The notes: a model not told the origin generated them from the letters alone. Numbered from the whole stretch's first letter, positions 12,514 to 24,308 are shown. The stretch: 63,387 nucleotides of DNA, filler included, from Olpidium bornovanus S191 (GCA_017911155.1; 31 parts of 31 records of this genome joined end to end with filler, not necessarily neighbours in it), one strand, 5' to 3'. A program made the numbers and translations.

Positions 12514-13665
12514 CTATCACCTAACCGCGAGCAGGGTGTTTTCCCTTTGCTGTCCAAAGTTTTTCCCCGGCATCAACCGTACCCGAGTTCCGGGCAAACC
12601 CGGCATGATCCCCGCGAGCATCTCAGAACGAGTTCCTCACATTCTTGCCAAAGTATAGGCTCCCCCATCCTCACCTGCCGCACGTCCCGCGCACATTCAT
12701 GCAATGGGCGGGCTTGCCTGGTTTTTGGTACCGTGGCCGATGAAGCTCTAGATGGAGGAATTTTTCGAGCGCAGGAAGGAGAGTTGTTGCACATGGTGGT
12801 CTGGCGGCTTGACGGCGCACGTGACTTACCGATATTTTACGGGCCCGACAGGGTATCCCTGGGCGCAGTACCCCCATGTCCGAGCGTCCCTCAACCGGGG
12901 TGGACGGTTGCAGGGTACGGGGCACGGCCGGGCGTGCCTCTGGCATGAGAAGATTCTATGATTCTTCTCTCACGGACGAGAGACCGCAAAAAAGACGCAG
13001 GGCATGGCTTGATCTTTGTCCGATAGTGGACTATAATGGAACATTCTACAGGGGATCTGGGCGAATTTCGTAGGCCTACGAATTACTTTACGGAACTGAC
13101 GTTTTACGTGATCCACCCGGAAACACTGCTCGCTCGCGGGAGAAACCGAGGCTAGAGAGTGCCGCAAACAAACGGCGCTCCTCAGACAACNNNNNNNNNN
13201 NNNNNNNNNNNNNNNNNNNNNNNNNNNNNNNNNNTTAATTAATTAANNNNNNNNNNNNNNNNNNNNNNNNNNNNNNNNNNNNNNNNNNNNCATGAGAGTA
13301 AGCTGACTTCGCGGCGGACCCGAACGTGTACTGGCGGTTGCGGTCACGTGGGTAAAGGTTACAGTCACGTGGCGTAACGCTTCAATCACGGGCGTGACGC
13401 GGTGCATTTATAATGATATCTCATTTTATAATGCCTGAATTGATAGGTGCATTGAAAACGAAAAAATTCCTGTTGACCCTAACCAAAACGGTTCGGGAAT
13501 CAAGGTGCCCCTCCCCCACAACTCGCCCCCCGCAGCCTGGGAGTCGCGCTCACGTGACCGGCGGCATTTGTCTCCTCCCACGAAAAAAAAAAAAAAAAAA
13601 AAACCCTCTCTTCCCTTCTCCACTCTCACTCTTCACGCGTTGACTAACGGGGAGGCAGAACAAGT

Positions 13666-14498
13666 ATGTCCTGGCAGGGATATGTCGACTCCAACCTCGT
13701 CGGCACGGGGAAGATCGAGAAGGCAGCCATCCATGGGAATTCCGACAAGTCAACGTGGGCCACGTCGCCGGGGTTCACGGTGCGTAGAATTTAAGCGACA
13801 GTCTCCCGCAACGAGCGGACAAGCGGATCTTCTTCCCGTGATCGCCTTCGTTCCGGCCCGTCCCTCTTTCCCCCGCCCTCATAATATCGATTGGCGCCCC
13901 ACCCCACGCACGCACGCGTGATATTCTTCACCGTGTGGCTTCGCACGATTGGGCATGGGCCACTCGGGTTTTCCGCACCAGAAACGGGAGTGTGTGGGGG
14001 GGGGGCGGGAAGCTCCACACGAAGTTGGGAGAAAGAAAAAGTTTTCAGCGGCTGACTTCCAGGTCCGTGCGTGTCGTGTACCGCGCAGGTGTCGGCAAAC
14101 GAGGTCGATGCCCTGCTGAAGTCCTTCACGGATCCCTCGGGGATCCGCGCGAACGGTTTGCATCTCGGCGGCGTGAAGTATTTCGCGCTGAAGTGCGACG
14201 AGAGGAGCGTTTATGGGAAAAAAGTGGGTTGTGGGGGCGGCGAGGGAGGCTGGTCGTTGATTGCTTTGCAGGCGAATTTCTGTTCTTGTATAATCGAAGA
14301 ATTCGAGAAGGCTGTGACCAGCAAACCGGCCGATCTTATTGATGTGGCCGCATTCCCATTCCGCAGGGCGCCTCGGGCGTCATTTGCGTGAAAACGAACA
14401 AAGCGGTCCTCATTGGCATCTACAACGAGAAGACGCAGCCCGGTGAGGCGGCGCAGGTGGTGGAGGTTTTGGCGGATTACCTCATCAGCCTCGACTAT
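13666..14498 (+). CDS. PFY1: Profilin
   Basis: Exons 13666-13779, 14089-14223 and 14367-14498: MSWQGYVDSNLVGTGKIEKAAIHG...GLHLGGVKYFALKCDERSVYGKK|GASGVICVKTNKAVLIGIYNEKTQPGEAAQVVEVLADYLISLDY. The stop codon is not captured. Confidence 0.97.
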
Positions 14499-14515
14499 GT
14501 GAGTCATCTGCGATC

Positions 14516-14546
<31 letters not shown>

Positions 14547-14736
14547 GCCCCCCCCCCTCCTCCCGGGGTGGCGTACTGCGGGAGCGTCGGGCGGGGGGGG
14601 GTAGGGCGAGCAGGCATGCGTGCCCACTTCTAGTCCNNNNNNNNNNNNNNNNNNNNNNNNNNNNNNNNNNNNNNNNNNNNTTAATTAATTAANNNNNNNN
14701 NNNNNNNNNNNNNNNNNNNNNNNNNNNNNNNNNNNN

Positions 14737-14850
14737 ATGTCTGGAAACTCCAAAAGGCTCTGTACGGGTTGAAACAGTCCGCCCGCGAGTGGAACCACGA
14801 GATCAACGCTGCTCCACTCTCTCTTGGTTTTCAACCCGTTTCTCATGGGA
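14737..14850 (+). mobile_element. Ty1/copia reverse-transcriptase fragment
   Basis: VWKLQKALYGLKQSAREWNHEINAAPLSLGF is the canonical copia RT motif (L.KALYGLKQ..R.W). Similarity is lost immediately downstream. Confidence 0.88.
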
Positions 14851-15189
14851 TAACGGCCCTCGGGCGGTTCCTCCGCGCGGGTTTACGTCGGCACCGGTAT
14901 CTTGAGCTGCGTACGCGAGCCCAGACCGGCGGCTTGTCAATTAGGATGCGTGGGGAAGAGGAGGTCCGGGGTGCGTTTGACTAGGCTTCGGTTCCAAACT
15001 TCCGGAAAAACTCACTAGGAACGTTCTCCAGGTCAACTTCTCCACGTTTGGAAACACTCTGGTGTCGCGCTCTGCAAGGAACCCCCCGAAAAAGCGGGGG
15101 GTTGGGGGGGGGGGGGGGACAACGAGTGGACAGTCAGCGCGCAATTCGTTTTTTTTTTTTCATGGCCCCCCCCCCCCCACGCGGGAGCA

Positions 15190-16695
15190 GAAACGCGAGC
15201 TCTGACCGCTGGTGAGGACGAAGTCCACGCTCGCGTCGAAGTCGTCCGTAATGCTTCCTCCGCCCAGCTTTCGCGGCGGAAATGGTGAAAATTCGGGGAG
15301 GGGGGGGAGAGGTGTGTGTGTGCGGGATCGAAAATTTTTATTTAGTTTTTGGGCGTGAGAAAAAAAAAAAGAGAACGCGAGGGGAGGGGCCCATGGGGTG
15401 GGGGGTCGCGCGCAAAAGAAATTACAGCACGATCCGCGCAAACAACGTTGGACATATTTTCGTCGCCTCGCTTCCCGATCGTGGTTTTTTTTTAAAAAAC
15501 AAAAACGAAACCCACGCTTTCTATTAGCGTGCGCGAGTTCTCGGTTCGGACAGCCTTCGGACCGACGTTCTCGGCGGTGAACGCGGGCGTCAGGTAGAAC
15601 GTCTTGTCCCGGAAAGGACTCTCCAGATACCGCACGCCTGCGCGGCGCGTAATCGTGGAAAGTAACAAAAAAGAAAAATAAGGGGGGGGGGGGAGGTGAG
15701 GGATTAGAACCGAACCCCCTGAATGGGACGCGCCTTCCCTCGCCGCTTTTTCGAGCCGACAACTTTTGGTCACTTCCCCCTTTCCCCACCCTTTGCGAAA
15801 CGGGGCTAATAAACCGCGAAGAAACAAAAAAAGGGATTCCCCACCGTAGTCTGCTTCTGGCACAAAACACCCGGCGGCTTTGCTCGCCGTGATCCAGTCC
15901 GGCCTCATGATGTACTTGGAGGAAACGGAAGCCGCGTAAACTTTAAGAGTCTCTTTGCGAACAGGTGTTCCGAATCAGCCAAAAGGTAATAGAGACAAAA
16001 AAAAACCCGAACTCGTCCTCCTCCTCTCCCATTTCCCCCTTTTTCCTCCCTTTCCCCTCCTTCCCACCCCCTGCCCCGCCCCGGTCGTACTGGAAAAAAA
16101 AATCAACCGCCGGGCATCGCCGATGCCCGGGTCTCTTACTTGGCCGTGGTAGAACCGGGCTGACTATGTGAGTGATCTTTTGGTCAAACTCCTGGTCCGT
16201 CTCCCGAATGACGGCCCCGAGCTCCGTCGCGATATCTCGGAGCGTCTGCTTTCGCGGGCGAGCAGGGGGCATCCCGTCAGCGACGTCCCGGGGGCGCGCT
16301 TCATCTTTTTGCGACGCAAGCACAACGGGGCTCACGTTTTTGAAGGCGGTGGTATACACCGGGTCCGTGTCTCGGAAGCCGGAGAACGCGATCACAACTG
16401 TGTGGACGACCCGAGAGTCAGCTTGGATCCGCAAACGAACAAAACTGGAGGCGCCCGGACGCGCGCGGTCGACCTTTACGCTTTCTAGGTCTTGACGGCG
16501 ACGATCTGCTTGGTTGGGCCGTCGACGACTTCGGCACAGGACCTATTGGCCCGCACACTGATGACGTCGACGAGGACTTGGAACTCATCCGGGGTCTGGA
16601 AGACTGCGGAATTGGAGGAGAAGGCCGCGGTCACCGACATATCCTGGCCGCGAGTGCGGGATTCGCGCGCGTAAAACGTCGGAAACGCCCGCATG
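15190..16695 (-). CDS. Multi-BRCT-domain protein (DNA-damage scaffold type), partial
   Basis: Exon pieces VIAFSGFRD..., LRDIATELGAVIRETDQEFDQKITHIVSP, YIMRPDWITASKAAGCFVPEADYG, ESPFRDKTFYLTPAF and LGGGSITDDFDASVDFVL follow the BRCT pattern (FSGF, LGA, THIV, W..AS). At least two repeats. Confidence 0.8.
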
Positions 16696-17161
16696 NNNNN
16701 NNNNNNNNNNNNNNNNNNNNNNNNNNNNNNNNNNNNNNNTTAATTAATTAANNNNNNNNNNNNNNNNNNNNNNNNNNNNNNNNNNNNNNNNNNNNCATGG
16801 ACCGCCCATTGGAAAGAAGAGCTCCGCCGGCAAATGGGGGCCTGGCTGCCGATTAAGTCGAACAAAATCTTTGCCGCCAAATCTCGCGGTTTACCGCGGG
16901 AGGCAATGGCGGGGCCCCGACTTTGTGCGCCCGCCCCCACCTTGAGGACGTTTTTTGCCGCCGAACGAGTCAATTTGTCCCCGCTAGCCCAAAGTGCAAA
17001 ATGAAAAATGGCAGTTGCGGGCAAAACCAATTCACCGGAAGAGGGGCTAAGGGGGGGGGCCAACCCGCCCCCTTTTCCCCTATTAACCCAAACCAACCAC
17101 GAGGGTTGCTCGGAATTCGGTTGCTCGGAATTCGATTGCCGCATAGCTCCGAGCCGACAAC

Positions 17162-18410
17162 ATGGGCCAGACGACCGCGCCGCGCCCGGCGCCGTTCGCC
17201 GCCCTGGACAAGACACAGAGGACTTTTCTGGAGAGCGTGCTGGCCAAGCGATTTTTCTTTCAGCCGTCGTTCCTGCTGTACGGGGGTAAGAGTGCCTGAA
17301 TTGGCGGCGCCCGAGTTTCCGCTTCGCGGCGAGCCAAAGGTCCCGCGCGCGCCCAACAACAACGTCCCGTGTCAGGAGGCCCGCCAGCTTACCGTTTTGC
17401 GGGCTCGCCTCTCAAGGTGTTGCCGGATTTTACGACTATGGACCGCCGGGCTGTGCGCTCCTGGCCAACATCCTCTCCTTGTGGCGGCAGCACTTCATCC
17501 TGGAGGAGGACATGTACGAGGTTGACTGCAGTATCATGACTCCGCATGACGTGCTGAAAACCTCGGGCCACGTCGACAAATTTGCGGACTGGATGGTGCG
17601 CGACGTGACCACCGGGGAGATTTTCCGGGCGGACCACCTTGTGGAAGCCGTCATCGAGTCTAGGCTTGACGCCGATCACGTCGCCCGTGGCGCGTCCCCA
17701 GCATCGGCTGTCGGGGGTGCGGACGAGGCTGGCACAAAGAAGAAACAAACGGAGGCCAAAAAAAAGTCTGCCAAGAACGCTGCGGAGGTCACAGTTCTCC
17801 CGGACGACGTGCGGCGAGAATACGAGAACATCCTTGCCCAGATTGACAACTTTTCCGGAAAAGATCTCGGCGCAATCATCGGGAAGCATTCGATCAAGAA
17901 CCCGGACACCGGCAATTCGCTCTCGGAGCCCATTGAATTCAATCTCATGTTTGAGAGCAGTATCGGTCCCACTGGCTACTTGAAGGGGTGAGAAATTGCT
18001 GTCGGGCGGGGCGAAACTCCAACGGGCAGGGACTAGTTAAAGGCACGGAAGATTGTACGGAGCAGGACGACACTTTACATGCGTCTGTTGGCCTGAACCA
18101 AACATCGCAAAGCTTTATAAAACGGGCTGCGTGCTCTTCATATGTTCCTTTTGACGCTGAGATGTTCTTTCCGCGGACATACGAACTCAGCATGTTTACC
18201 TTCGTCTTTTAACGTTTAATCTTCCATTACTTTGTCGATTATTTCCCGCTTTGATATTGCAGGTATCTCCGGCCGGAAACGGCTCAGGGCATGTTTGTCA
18301 ACTTCAAAAAACTCCTTGAGTTCAACCAGGAGAAGATGCCATTCGCTGCGGCGCAGATCGGTCGCGCGTTTCGAAATGAAATCAGTCCACGGCAGGGTCT
18401 TCTACGTGTC
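17162..18410 (+). CDS. GRS1: Glycyl-tRNA synthetase (eukaryotic alpha2 type), 3'-truncated
   Basis: [13 protein letters not shown]|[13 protein letters not shown]...[11 protein letters not shown]...[15 protein letters not shown]...[13 protein letters not shown]...[49 protein letters not shown]. Confidence 0.98.
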
Positions 18411-19127
18411 NNNNNNNNNNNNNNNNNNNNNNNNNNNNNNNNNNNNNNNNNNNNTTAATTAATTAANNNNNNNNNNNNNNNNNNNNNNNNNNNNNNNNNN
18501 NNNNNNNNNNCATGGAGCCAAATCATAACCCTAAACCACACACTAACCCCTGGCCCTAAACTAACAGTACAAACCTTCCGTCCTGCTGCGCAACCAAGTT
18601 ACAACGCGACCTGCGGCGCGTGCGCATAAACGCCGGCTGCAGTCTCTAAAACGGCGTCCACGGTTCCCGGTGACGCTGCGGACGACGTACATATTGTGCT
18701 TTGCTTCACTCTAATTCGTTGGAACCTTGAAGCAAGTTGATAAATTTTTCTTTCCGGCGTAAAATGCGAGAGGGGTGTGGGTGGGGGACCGCCGTGGACC
18801 TCGTTTCCGCCGCGGTTTTTTTTTTCCGTGTAAACATTCGCGAGGCGCGGTTGTGATTGAGCTTTTTGCCGGACCGCCCGTGCGTTTTCTTCTGACAAAA
18901 TTCCTTCCTTTGACCACCCCCCGCAGGGGTTGTTTGGCAGAAAGGTCGCGGAGTCCGAACGAAGTTCTGGGCGGTGGCGAATGGAGAGTTTACGCCTGGC
19001 GGAAATCGAGCGACGGGCCGCTGACGGTTCTTCGTTTGGCGCCGTCTCTCCTCAGCAGATCGGGTCGAAGCTTGCTTGGAACGCGGACTGAGTTTTTTAA
19101 GGCCGGGGCGGGAGGGAAGCGCCAAAG

Positions 19128-19757
19128 ATGGGATCTCACGCCGGGGCCGTCCCCGGCCTGGAGCACGGCCTCCTCTCGCTGATCACACCGGTTAAGACTC
19201 GCAGGGCGTCGCACGATCACACGCCGCCAGGGACGGCTGCCGCGGCCTCCGGAAACAGGAGACCCTCCTGCTCGTCGTCGTCCGGCGCGGGCGAAGCCGA
19301 AGAAGGCCCGTCCGCTCGGGAGGATGACTACACGTCCCGGCAATCTGCGTCCTCGCGGCACAGGCAGAGCGCCAGCGCGGGGAGCACTGTCTTCGCGGCG
19401 GCCGAGGGGTTCGTGGGAAGGGAAGAAGGAAGCAGGCCGACCGGCGCGGGGACTACGGCAGAGAGAAATCCCGTTCCGCCGGAAGCAGGAGCCGGCGGCC
19501 CGCAGCATACGGGACACGGCGTGAAGCCAGTCGACGAGACCCGGTTGCCGCCGCAGCCGCCGCCGCCGCCGATTGATGCCGGTCACGCAGGCGAAGCCAT
19601 CGACGGAGGTTCGGCCCGGGCAACCGGAGCATTTGTTTCGCCCGCCAGCCCCGGCACCGCCGCGTCGCCCAAGGAGTCTCCGAGGCGGGGCTCTTCACTC
19701 GCGGAATTGGACGGGTTTTGGAAGGACGGCCTGTTGCTCAGGAACAAGTCCGGTTGA
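19128..19757 (+). CDS. Hypothetical Ser/Ala/Gly-rich protein, probably a first exon
   Basis: ATG-initiated 209-aa ORF following a promoter-like region. No family recognised. Confidence 0.35.
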   Translation: MGSHAGAVPGLEHGLLSLITPVKTRRASHDHTPPGTAAAASGNRRPSCSSSSGAGEAEEGPSAREDDYTSRQSASSRHRQSASAGSTVFAAAEGFVGREEGSRPTGAGTTAERNPVPPEAGAGGPQHTGHGVKPVDETRLPPQPPPPPIDAGHAGEAIDGGSARATGAFVSPASPGTAASPKESPRRGSSLAELDGFWKDGLLLRNKSG

Positions 19758-20197
19758 CGGGGAAAACCCGTCTTTGCCGCAATGTTGGTCGAAGTGCGGA
19801 GAGAGAAAAAGCTCCGCCGTGGAGAAACGGCGTTTCGCAGATTCCATCCGCGTTGAAAACCGCGAGACGCGGTTGAAAACGCCGCCAGTTCAAAGGTTTT
19901 TTTTTTTTTTTTTAAAGTGCCGCCCGCCGGCTTACCGGGGCCGGGCGGCCGCTTCAGGGACGACGCCTTCCGACGTGAACATGCATGAACGAATTGAAGG
20001 CTTTTTGGCGACGGCGGATCACGCACTTTTGGGGCAAACACTGAACGATCCCGAAACGGGGAGCCAGAACGATTTGTTTTCGTTTGCCTGCCCATCCNNN
20101 NNNNNNNNNNNNNNNNNNNNNNNNNNNNNNNNNNNNNNNNNTTAATTAATTAANNNNNNNNNNNNNNNNNNNNNNNNNNNNNNNNNNNNNNNNNNNN

Positions 20198-20395
20198 AAA
20201 AAAAAAACGAAAAAAAAAACGAAAAAAAAAGAAAAAAAAGAAAAAAAGAAAAAAAATAAACGAAAAAAAGGAAAAAGAAACGAAACATAAACGAAAAAAA
20301 GAAAAAACAGAAAAAAAACGAAAAAAAGAAAAAAAAGGAGAAAAAAAGGAAAAAAACAAAAAAAAGAAGGAAAAAAAGAAAGAAAAAAGAAAAAC
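20198..20395. repeat. A-rich degenerate simple repeat (GAAAAAAA-type)
   Basis: Directly visible low-complexity tract at a contig start. Confidence 0.9.
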
Positions 20396-20609
20396 GGCGG
20401 AGGAGGGCGTCTGGAACGCAGACGCCCCGGACCGGTGCCTGGCCAGTTGGGCGCGGCCCCTCCCGCTAACTCAAAGCTCTCCGCTTTTCTTTCTTTTTTT
20501 TTTTTTTTTTTTTTTTTCCCCTCCGTTTTTTTGGGGGGAATGGGGAGAAGATCCGAGAAGGAGTCGGTTTTCTTTTTTTTTTTTTAACCTTGAGAGACGC
20601 CGCTCACCG

Positions 20610-21277
20610 GGTAGCCGTCCGCGCGCATCTCCGCGATGTCGCGCACGCGCCCGTCGACCACCGTCCCGCGCACGCCCAGCGCGATTGCCCGCGCCGTCGC
20701 GAGGCCGCCCCAGACGGCGTTGGCGGCCCCCGGCGGCGCGGAAATGACGATCACGCAGCCCGGCGGGGCCGCGTCGAGGAAGTGCTCGTCGGACTTCGGG
20801 GCGGACTCGTCTGCGACGGGCACCATCTTCCAAAAAAAAAAAAATGTGGGGTGGTTGTAAACCGGCCGTCCCCGCAGCAAAACCCCAGTCAGCACGCGAT
20901 CACCATTATTTTTTTTTTTTTTTTTTTTTTTCCTTTTTTTTTTTTTTCCGGGGGGGGGGGTCCCCCCGTTGAACGGGGCCCTTTTTTTTTTTTTTTTGTT
21001 TTCTTTTTTTTTACCTGTACCGTCCTTGCGGGACCGACGGTTCTGCACCGCGACGCGTCCGCGGGCGAGCGGGCGACTAGGTCGGGCAGGAAGCCTCCCC
21101 CCGGGACGCCGAGCGCCGCGAGCGCGTCAGCCACCTGGACGGGGAGGGGGGAAGGCGCGGCGGCGGACGGGTGAGGGGAGCGGCGGGGGTGGCCTGGGAA
21201 AGGGTGGGATAGGGGACACGCACGTCCGGAGCGGTGAACGCGGCCAGCTTCCGTTCGACGTCGCTCGCGGCGGCCAT
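20610..21277 (-). CDS. RraA-like / HMG-CHA aldolase family protein, intron-containing
   Basis: MAAASDVERKLAAFTAPD|VADALAALGV...VGPARTV|...DAAPPGCVIVISAPPGAANAVWGGLATARAIALGVRGTVVDGRVRDIAEMRADGYP contains the family motifs WGGL and GTVVDGRVRD. Confidence 0.92.
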
Positions 21278-21396
21278 TTTGCGGCGGGGGAGGCGCGGGT
21301 TAAGTTCTGCGGCGAGACGCCTCCCGGAGCATGCGCAGGACACGCTCTCCCCTCCTCCCCTCCTCCCCTCCGCTTGACAGATAAAAGAGCCCCAAA

Positions 21397-21495
21397 CGCG
21401 GAGATTCACGGAAGTTGCGAGGGAATTCGGAAGGGAAAGATTCTGCACTGGTCCTCGCAGCGTTTTGATTCTACAGAATCCAGGCCTATTTATAC
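21397..21495 (+). repeat. Dispersed GA(A/T)TC-rich repeat, copy 1
   Basis: Aligns with about 24040-24135 and shares TCGCAG.GTTTTGATTCTACAGA.TCC..GCCTAT.TAT. The contig ends inside it. Confidence 0.8.
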
Positions 21496-22654
21496 NNNNN
21501 NNNNNNNNNNNNNNNNNNNNNNNNNNNNNNNNNNNNNNNTTAATTAATTAANNNNNNNNNNNNNNNNNNNNNNNNNNNNNNNNNNNNNNNNNNNNCCAAA
21601 ATGCAAAAGCTGCCGAGTTTTTGCGCGCCGCGGGTCCCGGGTGATGTTTGGGAATTGTGCCAAATTCACGATCGTGGGGCCTTTGCCGCTTCCATACGCG
21701 ACATCAGGACTCCATGTCACTACGGTGCGTGCCAGACATCGGCCGCAACCTCATGTTGAATTTCGGCCCCGGAAGACACGCTCATCGGAACTCCGTCCAC
21801 GGTCGGTGTGTGCGACGGCCTGCAACTTGGTTTAAAAAGGATTTTTTAATATTATAAAAAAAAAACAGTCAAGTTGGTTTGTTCGGAGGGAAGAGCCGCT
21901 AAGAGGACGGTATATAAGCACATTAGTGTTTGGGAAGGTGAAGGGATGGCGAGGAGGAGGGTTGGGACGGATGGGAGTGGGGTTGGGAGAGGGGAGGGGA
22001 GGGGAGCGAGTTCGGGAGAGGGGGGGGGCGAACGGGTGCAGATATTGATTCATACAGTCACAGCGCCGTCCCAAAAAGCTCGCCGCCCCGCAGCCGGCAT
22101 TGCATTCACCCGATCAGCTAGCAGTTCAAGCCCGCAGCACTGTATCCTTCGGAAGCCTGCTTTCTAAAAATGCAATAATGCCGTTTGGCTGCACGCGCCG
22201 GTGTACTAATGCTGGTTCACTAATTGGTGGTTATACCGCCACATCCTATTTCCCGTTGTTTCTCTGTTTTCTACGAGGGCCTTTTTGGGCGGGAGTGTAA
22301 CACTGTAACGCATTTTTTTGTGTTTTGGCTAGGGGGGGGGGGGGAAAGGGGGGCACAAAGAGGATGCGGACGAGGCTTTCTTCCCTGTATGCATTGAAAC
22401 CCGAGGGTTTTTGACCCTCCCGCCCAGTTTGACGAGGGGAAGGATGGTTTTTTACGCAACTTACTTCCGTGGCGCTTACGGCGTGTTGAAATTTCAGCCG
22501 AGTTTCTGCCGAACGAAAGGCCAGGCCCAGGCGTTTTACGGAAGTAAGAAAGTAGCTCATTCAGGCTCGGACCCGCGATGGCAATGTCATCAACGCATAA
22601 GGAAACCAAAAAGGCAACAACACGATTTGGCGTCATCTTGCTATTTGGCTTGAA

Positions 22655-22757
22655 AAAGCCAGGGCGCACGGGACGCTAATTAGAACCGAAGATTTTTCAG
22701 CGCGTTGTTCGGAAGGTCCCGAGTTCGACCCTCGGTCGGCCCACTTTTGATGCGCAA
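22655..22757 (+). pseudogene. tRNA-like element: intact variable loop, T-arm and acceptor 3' strand with a degenerate 5' half
   Basis: AGGTC-CCGAG-TTCGACC-CTCGG-TCGGCCC-A followed by CTTTT. The upstream GGGCGCA pairs only 5 of 7 with the acceptor strand, and no proper D-arm or anticodon loop is present. Confidence 0.45.
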
Positions 22758-24039
22758 CAGGTTATGAGCCCAGCCGTGCGGTGTGTCAGTTTATACGGCG
22801 TTTTGTTTCAGAAATCCAGACACGTGTGGTCTATATTGGCTCATTCCCAAGCCGTTCGTCAACCCGTGTTCTGTTGGGCAGGAACGGGGCGAGTTCGCGC
22901 TGCGGGCGGTAGTATCTGACAAAGGCGTCTACCTTTTGCTCCAATCGATACTGATAGGGTCTCCTAACAATGAACCGCTCAGTCTTTCCTTCGTTCTTTC
23001 CGCCTTTCCTTCCAAGGCGTCAAAAATACAACCCAACCGCCACGTACGCGATTCTCATAAGGATTCTTTTTTTTTGGCGGAATTTCCGGGATTCTCTCTC
23101 CGTTTGGTTGTTTTTTTTTTTGCAGAATTTGCCCGACTCTCTCTCTTTTTTTTTTCTTCTTTCTTTGTGATATAAATATCCATTTGTTTTTTCGTTGTCT
23201 CCGGATTCGCGGGTTCTCCCTTTCTTTTTCGCGGGGTTCGTGGGTTTCTGTCTCCCCACCTCTCCCCCTTCCCCTCTCTCCTTTTTGTTTCGCGCGATTC
23301 GTATTCGGGGATTCTTTCCGTTTCTCTTTTTTTTTTCGCGGGATACGCAGTATTTACAACTCGCTCGATATGGTTTTTCGTTCCGTTTAATTCGATTTCA
23401 ACCTCTTGGAATGTAAAAAAAAGAAAACACAAGGACTCCGCAATCTGCCGTTTGCGTGCCAACTTTTTTGGGGGTTTTTTTTTACACCTCCTACGGACCC
23501 TGTTACTGGTGGGGTAAAAAAATTCCTTTCGCCAATTCCACGGCAAAGAAAAATCACACAAATGATCCTCCCCCTGTTGCTGATCCCTCCCGGGGACGGG
23601 ACGAACGCACAATTATTTTTTTTTTAACCGTGGCACCGGCAGGATTTTTCGTTGCGGGCGGCGGCTGAGCCGAATCAAGCGGGCAAGTTTTGATTCGCTT
23701 TGCGGATGAGGTCGATCCAGGCTCGATGTCAACAAGCCGTTGCAAAAGCCTTGCCCACCCAGGGGAGGCGCGGGGGGCGGGGAAAAGGGGGGGGGGGGGG
23801 GGGGCGCCCGGGGGGCCCCCCCNNNNNNNNNNNNNNNNNNNNNNNNNNNNNNNNNNNNNNNNNNNNTTAATTAATTAANNNNNNNNNNNNNNNNNNNNNN
23901 NNNNNNNNNNNNNNNNNNNNNNCCATGGTTCCGCGTCCGCGTACGGGGAGTAGAAGGTTTGCGTTTGCTTTTTCTTCTTTGACGGGGAGTCTGCGGTTTG
24001 GGCTCAAACCTGTGGTAAAATATGCCCTGGGGGGAAGCC

Positions 24040-24135
24040 CCGGGGATCCAAGGAAGCCGCGGGAAGATTCGGAGGGGAATTCTGCGCTGTTTCGTCGCAG
24101 TGTTTTGATTCTACAGATTCCGCGCCTATGTATGC
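24040..24135 (+). repeat. Dispersed GA(A/T)TC-rich repeat, copy 2
   Basis: Roughly 80% identical by eye to 21397-21495. Lies about 175 bp upstream of the PEBP ATG. Confidence 0.8.
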
Positions 24136-24308
24136 TGGGATTCTGTGCGGATTCTACAGGAGGCGGAAAGGGGAAGTAATTCGTGTAGGGGCCATATCCG
24201 TGCTGCCCCTGGCTGCGCTTTCCCCCTTTATTCCTACACCGTCCCTCGTTCCCCACACCTGACTACTTCGCGGACAACTTCTGCTTTGCAGCCTTCGCGC
24301 GCGCGGAA

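Noticed and set aside
12990-13070. WLDLCPIVDYNGTFYRGSG resembling a gypsy integrase W..LP.V...YN motif
   Set aside because: Too short and weak, with no other integrase motifs around it.
20610-21277. RraA-like gene as bacterial contamination or recent HGT
   Set aside because: It has GT-AG introns with host-style homopolymer tracts, and the family is already known in fungi.
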